Below, in pieces: positions 17,976 to 25,825 of a stretch of 32,000 nt of DNA; position 1 is the first letter of the stretch, and each line of letters opens with the position of its first letter. The stretch lies in NCBI GenBank assembly GCA_965224465.1, contig OZ245049.1, forward strand, positions 1,680,001 through 1,712,000, read 5' to 3'. The translations under genes and the position numbers were made by a program. Below the pieces are notes generated by a model, which ran no database searches, had not been told where the DNA came from, and saw only the letters and a program-made list of their open reading frames with translations. The DNA is from Flavobacteriaceae bacterium (GTDB lineage Bacteria > Bacteroidota > Bacteroidia > Flavobacteriales > Flavobacteriaceae).

Positions 17976-19109
17976 ATGAAAAAAATAACCCTACTAATTT
18001 TAATAGCTTTTTCCATTGGAGCATACGCTCAGAAAGGAAAACATAAAATTTCTAAAGGCGTAAAGCGCTATCAAGATTTATTTAACACATCCATGAATGA
18101 TTCTGTATCTTGCTACCGAATCCCCGCCATTGTAACGGCTCCAAATGGTGATTTAATTGCTGCAATAGATGAACGCATTCCTTCTTGTGGAGATTTAAAA
18201 TGGAGTAAGGACATAAATATTGTAATCCGAAGAAGTAAAAATAATGGTAGAAGATGGTCTAAAATAGAAACAGTAGTTGACTTCCCTTTAGGAAAATCTG
18301 CTTCAGACCCATCAATGATTGTGGATTTAGAAACCAATGAAATTTTTATGTTTTACAATTACATGGATCTAGACACCGAAAAGAACATTTACTATTTACA
18401 AATGGTAAAAAGTGCGGACAATGGTAAAACATGGTCTAAACCTGTAGACATTACCAAGCAAATAGCAAAACCTGAATGGCATAAAGACTTTAAATTTATC
18501 ACTTCAGGTCGTGGAATTCAAACACGTGCTGGTAAATTATTGCACTGCATGGTTAACCTAAACAGTGGCATGCATATTTTTGCAAGTGACGACCACGGAA
18601 AATCATGGTATTTTATAGACACTCCCATCAAACCAGCTGACGAATCTAAAATTATAGAATTAGCAAACGGAGACTGGATGGTAAACGCAAGAGCAAACGG
18701 CAAAGGAATGCGATATGTACACATATCCTCCGATGAAGGAAAAACATGGAAAACAAAAGCAGATACACAATTAATAGACCCAGGATGTAATGGAAGTATT
18801 ATTCGCTACACCTCTATTAAAGATGGCTACAAAAAAAATCGCTTGTTATTTTCCAATGCAAAACGTAAAAAAGGACGCGAAAATATGACCGTTCGCGTGA
18901 GTTACGACGAAGGAGAAACATGGAGTAAAGGAAAAACTATATATACTGGAAGCTCTGCATATTCATCTTTAACAATTCTTAAAAACGGAAAAATAGGTTT
19001 GTTTTTTGAACAAGACGACTATAAGAAAAACCCTTTTGTGAGTTTTTCTTTAAAATGGTTGACAGACGGAGCAGACAAATACAGAAAACCATCTACTAAG
19101 AAAAAATAA
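17976..19109 (+). CDS. nanH: GH33 exo-alpha-sialidase, secreted
   Basis: Signal peptide ending AYA-QK, RIP motif (CYRIPAI), and five Asp-box-like repeats (SKNNGRRWS, SADNGKTWS, SDDHGKSW, SSDEGKTW, SYDEGETWS). Confidence 0.92.
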   Translation: MKKITLLILIAFSIGAYAQKGKHKISKGVKRYQDLFNTSMNDSVSCYRIPAIVTAPNGDLIAAIDERIPSCGDLKWSKDINIVIRRSKNNGRRWSKIETVVDFPLGKSASDPSMIVDLETNEIFMFYNYMDLDTEKNIYYLQMVKSADNGKTWSKPVDITKQIAKPEWHKDFKFITSGRGIQTRAGKLLHCMVNLNSGMHIFASDDHGKSWYFIDTPIKPADESKIIELANGDWMVNARANGKGMRYVHISSDEGKTWKTKADTQLIDPGCNGSIIRYTSIKDGYKKNRLLFSNAKRKKGRENMTVRVSYDEGETWSKGKTIYTGSSAYSSLTILKNGKIGLFFEQDDYKKNPFVSFSLKWLTDGADKYRKPSTKKK

Positions 19110-19146
19110 TCACTAATTCATTAAAATCTTTCCGAAAAGCAGTCTA

Positions 19147-19306
19147 ACACCAATTACAATTCCAAATGACCGATATAATAGTTTATTTTACGTTCTAGTC
19201 TTGTTAAAAAATAGAACGATAGCGAAGGCTATCCTTCCAGTTTTTGCCTAGATAAAACAAAAAATAATTCCATTTACAGAACGTCACTTGGAAATGTATT
19301 TGGTAT
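19147..19306 (+). mobile_element. MITE-like element, copy D (160 bp), between nanH and lrgA
   Basis: The left end ACACCAATTACAATTCCAAATGAC and the reverse complement of the right end ATACCAAATACATTTCCAAGTGAC are identical at 20 of 24 positions. The right end lies 36 nt upstream of the lrgA ATG. Confidence 0.75.
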
Positions 19307-19342
19307 ATCAACTGTAATTGGGGAGATTTTTTCACTTATCAC

Positions 19343-19675
19343 ATGTATAAATCACTTGTTTATATTTTTATATTTCTTGCTTTAGGAGAAATCATCAAAT
19401 ACGTATTTAATATTCCCATTGCAGGAAACATTATTGCCATGATCTTAATTTTTGCTAGTCTAAGATTAAAAATTATTAAATTATCAACTGTAAAACCAGC
19501 ATCAGACACACTGATAAAATACATGGTACTCTTTTTTATTCCCTATGGAGTTGGAATGATGGTTTATTTTGACGTTTTAAAAGAAAATTGGATTCCTATC
19601 ATTTTTGCGACCCTAATTAGTACCATTATCTCCTTGTACGTTACAGCTATTGTTCAAGAAAAATTAGAAAAATAA
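19343..19675 (+). CDS. lrgA: CidA/LrgA-family small membrane protein
   Basis: 110 aa with four TM segments. It is paired with LrgB through a 1-nt overlap (TAATG). Confidence 0.85.
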   Translation: MYKSLVYIFIFLALGEIIKYVFNIPIAGNIIAMILIFASLRLKIIKLSTVKPASDTLIKYMVLFFIPYGVGMMVYFDVLKENWIPIIFATLISTIISLYVTAIVQEKLEK

Positions 19676-20376
19676 TGATTGACTTTTTTGAATTACCCGT
19701 TTTCGGATTCTTTATTACCATCCTTAGTTTTTATTGCGCCCAACGTCTTAAAAAAAAATACAACTACGTTTTACTAAACCCTGTACTGATATCCATTTTA
19801 GCTATTATTATTCTGCTACAGCTTGTAGAAGTAAATTTTGACACTTATAATAACGGAGCTAAATACCTAAGTTTCTTTTTGAGCCCAACCATTGTGGCTT
19901 TAGGCGTATTGTTTTATGAAAAATACGAACAAATTAAAAACAACCTAAAACCTTTTTTAACTGCCGTGGCTGTTGGAGGAACTATTAGTATTGTTACCGT
20001 AACTTTTTTATCCATACTGATGAATGCTCCAGAAATTATCACGCGCTCTTTAGCTGCCAAGTCTGTGACCACCCCCATCGCCATCGAAATCACTAAAATA
20101 ACAATGGGAATTCCATCTATTACAGCAGTTGTTGTAATTGCCGTAGGTATTTTCGGAAATGCTTTTGGAGTCGAAATGCTACAGTTTTTAAACATCAAAA
20201 GCAACAATGCCATCGGAACAGCGCTGGGCACTGCATCACATGGTATTGGAACGGCTCGCGCTATTGAAATTAATAAGCTTGCAGGTGCTTATAGCGGAGT
20301 TGCTATGTGTATCAATGGTTTAATAACAGCTACAATTACACCGTATATCGTCAAAACAATCATCCACTTATTCTAA
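19675..20376 (+). CDS. lrgB: LrgB-family membrane protein
   Basis: 233 aa, multi-TM, with the conserved GTASHGIGTARA block. Confidence 0.85.
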   Translation: MIDFFELPVFGFFITILSFYCAQRLKKKYNYVLLNPVLISILAIIILLQLVEVNFDTYNNGAKYLSFFLSPTIVALGVLFYEKYEQIKNNLKPFLTAVAVGGTISIVTVTFLSILMNAPEIITRSLAAKSVTTPIAIEITKITMGIPSITAVVVIAVGIFGNAFGVEMLQFLNIKSNNAIGTALGTASHGIGTARAIEINKLAGAYSGVAMCINGLITATITPYIVKTIIHLF

Positions 20377-20735
20377 TTCCAAAAAGGATTAGTATTCTAT
20401 TAACACATCGTATTCTACACATTCTACTAAAATTGCATCTCCCACATTCGCTTTGCAAAATCACTTCAAAATAATCATGCAAACCAGTTGTGTTTTCTGT
20501 TTTTTATTAGACAATAACCTCGAAAAAAGTCCACGAGGCATGAAAAAGAAAAAAACCTTAATCATTTCGATGCAAGCATCGGAGAATTAAACCCACTGAT
20601 GGGATTAAAGTTGATACGTACTTATATCTATCTGTTTTCTAACTAGGCAAAAAACACATACACATAACCTGGTTGGCTGTTCTGTTTGCTATCAAAAAAC
20701 AACTTAAAAGTAAAAGCTAAGAAAAAAAAATAAAT

Positions 20736-20758
20736 TATATTTGTTATGTTCTACATAA
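20736..20758 (+). promoter_or_regulatory. Esterase-hexosaminidase operon promoter -7 box plus palindromic operator
   Basis: TATATTTG (20736-20743) is immediately followed by TTATGT-tct-ACATAA (20744-20758), a perfect 15-bp palindrome. The leader to the ATG at 20955 is about 200 nt. Confidence 0.65.
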
Positions 20759-20954
20759 TGCAATAATTTGAATTTTCAGAAGAAGTGCTCACTACTAAAA
20801 AGAACAACGATGAGAGCACACAAAAACACGCCTCTCTCTACTTCTGTTTTCTCAAGCAGTGGAGACAAAAAAACACCCATATTAAAGAAACCCAATGTCA
20901 AGAAAATAGTTTTCTTGTAACTAAAAAAAAACGCACCTTTCATTATAGACTAAT

Positions 20955-23039
20955 ATGAATATACACAAAACACACCTCACTGTTCTCCTATTTATTATAT
21001 CGTTTATAAGCATCAGTGTCACCTCTCAAACCAAAATTGCCTGTGTAGGAGATAGCGTAACCTGGGGACTCCAAATTAAAAACAGAGACACCAATTCGTA
21101 CCCCGCACAATTACAACAACTTTTAGGGACGGATTATAATGTGAAAAATTTCGGGTTTTCTGGAGCCACGGCATTAAAAAAGGGACACAAACCCTATATT
21201 CAAAAACCTGCCTTTCAAAAATCATTGGATTTTTTACCCAATATTGTGATCATACACTTGGGACTAAACGACCAAGGGCTGAATAATTGGCCACAACACA
21301 AAGGAGAATTTATAGCCGATTACCTTGAGTTAATAGACACTTACCAAAACTTAAAAAGCAAGCCTACAGTTATTATTTGTAAAATGACTCCTTCCCTATC
21401 TGGTCATAAATGGTTTGAGGAAGGAATGCGAGAAAACTACCAAGAGATTCAGTTAAAAATCGAAAAAATAAGTAAACTAGCCAACGTTGACTTGATTGAT
21501 CTAGAGCATCCATTAGATCGGTTCCCTGAATATTACCCTGACGATTTACATCCCGATAAAAATGGAGCCAACATAATTGCCCAAAAATCTTATGGAGCAA
21601 TTACGGGGGACTTTGGAGGTTTAAAAATCCCTGTTATTTTTGGAGAAAACATGGTACTACAACGCAATGAACCTATTGTGATTTATGGCACTGCAAATGC
21701 AAACGAAACCGTTTATGTCTGTTTAGATACTCTTAAAAAAAACACCCTTGTAAATACATATGGCACATGGGAGATATCACTTCCAGCAAAGAAAGCTGGA
21801 GGACCATTCAAACTTACTATACAAACAAATCCGTCAGAAAAAATCACTCTAAAGAATATCTACATTGGTGAAGTTTGGCTCGCTTCTGGACAATCTAACA
21901 TGGCATTTACAACAAAACAAATGAAACATGCGATGGCTGTTTTACGAGATTCTATCAATACCGATGTTCACCTAATAGCATTTCGTCCGCTCCCAAATAA
22001 AGAAACTATTTACAGTCCTAAAAAATTAGCGACTTGCAATGCAAATTCTTTCTTTCAAACCAATGGATGGCAACGAGCAAACAGCGACAATGTCTCCGAA
22101 TTTTCAGCCATTGCCTATTCGTATGCATATCATCTTCAAAAAACCTTAGACATTCCTATAGGAATTATTTGCAATGCCGTTGGAGGATCACCGACCCAAA
22201 GTTGGATTAGCAAAAAAACGATGGAGACAAGCCATCAGACAATTGGTTTACTAAATGATACCCATTTAAATCCCATGACACAAAACTGGGTAAACAGGAG
22301 GAAAATCGAGAATTTTAAAAACAAAAAGAATACCTTCATAAAAGCACGACACCCTTTTGACCCAACCCTACTTTTTGATGCTGGTATTTACCCTTTAAAA
22401 AAATATAACATAGCAGGTGTTATTTGGTATCAAGGAGAATCTAATGCGGAACGTCCACGTTTTCATTCCATGCTTTTTAAAATGTTAGTAAAAGATTGGA
22501 GAGCTGCATGGAACAAACCCAAAATGCCTTTCTATTTTGTACAATTAAGCAGCATCAACCGTCCAACATGGGGAACTTTTAGAGATTCACAAAACCGTTT
22601 ACAATGCATTCCCAACACGGGAATGGTTGTAAGTTCCGATTTAGGAAATCCAACGGACGTACATCCAAAACAAAAATGGAAAATAGGAAAACGACTCTCT
22701 TTGGTAGCTTTGGCTAAAAAGTACGGTAAAAACTTAAGATATTCTGGACCAACATTGGATTACGTAAACATTCGTAAAAATAAGTTGATCGTACATTTCA
22801 CCCATGCAGACGGACTTACAACCAAAAACAACAAACCACTTAAAGATATTTTAATTGCTGGAATCGACTTAAAATTTAAAGTAGCTAAAGTCAAAATTCA
22901 AGGAAACACCCTTATTTTATCATCAAAAAACATTGAAAACCCACGTTTTGTAAGCTATGGATACCGTCCTTTCACAGAAGGAAATTTAATAAATAAAGCG
23001 GGCTTACCTGCATCCACATTCTCAAACTTAGAGCTATAA
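20955..23039 (+). CDS. Two-domain sialate O-acetylesterase (N-terminal SGNH domain plus SASA/DUF303 domain), secreted; NanS-like
   Basis: Signal peptide, GDSVT block and DDLHPD block in the first ~210 aa, then a GQSNM-containing SASA-type domain (GEVWLASGQSNM, WYQGESN). Confidence 0.85.
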   Translation: MNIHKTHLTVLLFIISFISISVTSQTKIACVGDSVTWGLQIKNRDTNSYPAQLQQLLGTDYNVKNFGFSGATALKKGHKPYIQKPAFQKSLDFLPNIVIIHLGLNDQGLNNWPQHKGEFIADYLELIDTYQNLKSKPTVIICKMTPSLSGHKWFEEGMRENYQEIQLKIEKISKLANVDLIDLEHPLDRFPEYYPDDLHPDKNGANIIAQKSYGAITGDFGGLKIPVIFGENMVLQRNEPIVIYGTANANETVYVCLDTLKKNTLVNTYGTWEISLPAKKAGGPFKLTIQTNPSEKITLKNIYIGEVWLASGQSNMAFTTKQMKHAMAVLRDSINTDVHLIAFRPLPNKETIYSPKKLATCNANSFFQTNGWQRANSDNVSEFSAIAYSYAYHLQKTLDIPIGIICNAVGGSPTQSWISKKTMETSHQTIGLLNDTHLNPMTQNWVNRRKIENFKNKKNTFIKARHPFDPTLLFDAGIYPLKKYNIAGVIWYQGESNAERPRFHSMLFKMLVKDWRAAWNKPKMPFYFVQLSSINRPTWGTFRDSQNRLQCIPNTGMVVSSDLGNPTDVHPKQKWKIGKRLSLVALAKKYGKNLRYSGPTLDYVNIRKNKLIVHFTHADGLTTKNNKPLKDILIAGIDLKFKVAKVKIQGNTLILSSKNIENPRFVSYGYRPFTEGNLINKAGLPASTFSNLEL

Positions 23040-23041
23040 CA

Positions 23042-25072
23042 ATGAAATATTTTATATACTCCACGCTAGTATTACTCACTATAAGCGCATGCAATATAGA
23101 ATCTCCCCCCATAAATACGGCATCTAAATACCCCATTATCCCAACGCCACAGTCTTTAAGTATTACAAATAAAGAGATCGAATTCAGTTCGTTCAAAATA
23201 AACAAGAATAAGTTCAACAACGAAACGAATCATCTCATTCATTTTTTTCAAAAAAAAGGCATTGAAAGCGCAGCAAACGGTATTGTTATCAATCTAGAAA
23301 AAAGAAAATGGCATGACAGTCCCGAGGCGTATATTTTGACCATTGATACAGAAATAACAATTACAGCAAACACCTCTAAAGGTATATTTTACGGCATACA
23401 AACACTGAAACAACTTGTACATAAAAACGGAACTTTAGTTCGCCTTCCAAAAATAAAAGTAATGGACTGGCCTGCTTTTAAAATAAGAGGTTTTATGCAC
23501 GATACGGGAAGAAATTTCCAATCCATCCCACAATTAAAAGCACAAATAGATGTTTTGTCCATGTATAAATACAATGTTTTTCACTGGCACTTAACAGACA
23601 ATCCAGCTTGGCGACTGGAGAGTAAAATATACCCAGAATTACAATCTGCCCGAGCTACCAGTAGAATGAAAGGATCTTTTTATACACAAGAAGACTTCAA
23701 GGATTTAGTAGCCTATTGTAAAGAAAGACATATCACAGTAATTCCAGAATTTGACATCCCAGGGCATACTGAAGCGTTCAGAAAAGCATTCCATATAAAG
23801 ACGATGAAAGCTCCAAAGGCAGAGAAAATTTTAACAGATTTAATAGATGAGCTATGTACATTAGCAGATGCTAAAACCATGCCTTTTATACATTTAGGCA
23901 CCGACGAAGTACGCAACAAAGAAGAATACGTAGACAACGCTTTTATTGTTTCTATGCTTCGCAAAGTAACAGAAAACAAACGAAAAGTAATTGTTTGGAA
24001 AGAAGGTATTTACATAAAAGAGGACAGTACCTCTATCCATCAATTATGGGCTAGGCATCAGCCACAAAAAGGGCATTCATTCATAGATTCAAGAGCAAAT
24101 TACATCAACCACTTAGACCCTTTTGCGGGTATGACCCGCTTATTTTTTCAACAACCTTGCCGACAAGCCAAAGGAGATTCATTAGCTTTAGGAGGTATTC
24201 TATGTGCTTGGCCCGATAATAATATTACACAGGAAAGCGACATTTTAAAACAAAACCCAATTTACCCATCCATGGTATTTTATGCCGATGCTATTTGGAA
24301 AGGAAGAGAAAAAGGGCATCCACAATACTGGGCTAAATTACCCCCAAAAGGAAGTCGTGAGCTAGTCGCTTTTAAGAACTTTGAAAAAAAAGTACTCAAC
24401 CATAAAAAACGTTTTTTTAAGGACAAAGAATTTTCATATATCAAACAATCTGATATTGAGTGGAAAATTATCGGTCCTTTTGATCATAAAGGAGAAACCT
24501 CCACTATCTTTACCGTAGAAAAAACAATAAAAACAAGCTACAAAGTGGATGGACATACCTATTTATGGAAAGACTCCGTTGTAGGAGCTACTGTACATCT
24601 AAAACACTTTTTTGGTTTTGAATCATATACCGATACAAACAGCGGAACCTATTATGCCTACACCAATATTTACGCGCCAACAAAGCGCACACAAGATTTC
24701 TGGATTGGTTTTCAAGGATGGTCACGATCTGGTGGACGAAGAGGAGGCCCTACACCTAAACAAGGACAATGGCATATTACAAATCCCAAAGTATGGGTAA
24801 ATAACAAATCTATAGCAGCTCCCGTATGGCAACAACCCAACATCCCCGTGAATAGCGAAGAAACACCATTTATAGACGAGGATTATTTTTATCGCAAACC
24901 AACAGCAATCAACTTAGAGAAAGGGTGGAATACAGTATTGCTTAAAATCCCACATAAAAAAGGCCTTTTCAAATGGATGTACACTTTTGTCCCTGTTGAA
25001 AAAAAAGGAATGCACTTTGAATTGCCTAAAGAATTAATTTTTGACAGTTCCTTTAAACTCAAAAACATTTAA
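23042..25072 (+). CDS. GH20 beta-N-acetylhexosaminidase lipoprotein
   Basis: Lipobox LLTISAC. GH20 blocks FHWHLTDNPAWRLE and HLGTDE (catalytic D-E pair). Confidence 0.88.
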   Translation: MKYFIYSTLVLLTISACNIESPPINTASKYPIIPTPQSLSITNKEIEFSSFKINKNKFNNETNHLIHFFQKKGIESAANGIVINLEKRKWHDSPEAYILTIDTEITITANTSKGIFYGIQTLKQLVHKNGTLVRLPKIKVMDWPAFKIRGFMHDTGRNFQSIPQLKAQIDVLSMYKYNVFHWHLTDNPAWRLESKIYPELQSARATSRMKGSFYTQEDFKDLVAYCKERHITVIPEFDIPGHTEAFRKAFHIKTMKAPKAEKILTDLIDELCTLADAKTMPFIHLGTDEVRNKEEYVDNAFIVSMLRKVTENKRKVIVWKEGIYIKEDSTSIHQLWARHQPQKGHSFIDSRANYINHLDPFAGMTRLFFQQPCRQAKGDSLALGGILCAWPDNNITQESDILKQNPIYPSMVFYADAIWKGREKGHPQYWAKLPPKGSRELVAFKNFEKKVLNHKKRFFKDKEFSYIKQSDIEWKIIGPFDHKGETSTIFTVEKTIKTSYKVDGHTYLWKDSVVGATVHLKHFFGFESYTDTNSGTYYAYTNIYAPTKRTQDFWIGFQGWSRSGGRRGGPTPKQGQWHITNPKVWVNNKSIAAPVWQQPNIPVNSEETPFIDEDYFYRKPTAINLEKGWNTVLLKIPHKKGLFKWMYTFVPVEKKGMHFELPKELIFDSSFKLKNI

Positions 25073-25084
25073 AATCATTATAAA

Positions 25085-25744
25085 ATGAAGAAGCTAGTAA
25101 TTCTAATACTATTATTTTCAAGTGCCATTGGCAGTGCACAGATAAAATACTCCGAGCATTATTACAATTTAAAGAAGGTCTATGAAAACACTCCAAACAC
25201 TGTAAATGAGATTGTTTTTGTAGGAAACAGCATTACAGAAGGAGGTGATTGGGCAACCATGTTCCCCAATGTAAATGCAATAAACCGTGGAATAAGTGGA
25301 GATGTAAGTGATGGTATCCTAAATCGGTTAAAGGAAATAACAGACTCACAGCCCAAAAAAATATTTCTAATGATAGGAACCAACGATTTAGCACACGGTA
25401 AAACTGTAGCATATATTGTAAGAAATATACAGTTAATTATCACTCAGATTAAAACTGAATCTCCAGGAACACATATTTACTTAGAACAAGTATTGCCATA
25501 CAACCCTAATGTGGGAGCTAAATTTTCCGCTCACAAATCAAAACAGCAACTAGTTATAATACTGAACAAACGATTGCGAAAACTATCCAGAAAAAATAAA
25601 TTGACCTTTATAAAAACCCATAAAAAATTTAGAGACCGCAAAGGAATGCTACTCAAAAAACTCACATATGACGGCCTCCATTTAAACAAATATGGATATG
25701 AGCATTGGACAAATGTATTGACAAAATACGTACATGAAAATTAA
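25085..25744 (+). CDS. Secreted SGNH/GDSL hydrolase (second candidate sialate O-acetylesterase)
   Basis: Signal peptide ending SAQ. Blocks VGNSITEGG, GTNDL and DGLHLN. Confidence 0.75.
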   Translation: MKKLVILILLFSSAIGSAQIKYSEHYYNLKKVYENTPNTVNEIVFVGNSITEGGDWATMFPNVNAINRGISGDVSDGILNRLKEITDSQPKKIFLMIGTNDLAHGKTVAYIVRNIQLIITQIKTESPGTHIYLEQVLPYNPNVGAKFSAHKSKQQLVIILNKRLRKLSRKNKLTFIKTHKKFRDRKGMLLKKLTYDGLHLNKYGYEHWTNVLTKYVHEN

Positions 25745-25752
25745 CGTTTTTA

Positions 25753-25767
25753 ATATGTATAACATAA
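25753..25767 (+). promoter_or_regulatory. Palindromic operator upstream of the NanM-SSS gene
   Basis: ATATGT-ata-ACATAA lies 9 nt after the preceding stop codon and 58 nt before the ATG. No convincing TAnnTTTG box is adjacent, so the promoter position is unclear. Confidence 0.55.
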
Positions 25768-25825
25768 TGCATTTTTTATTATCTTGCTACTAACTTAATA
25801 CACAAACTCTGAAAAATATTTTATA

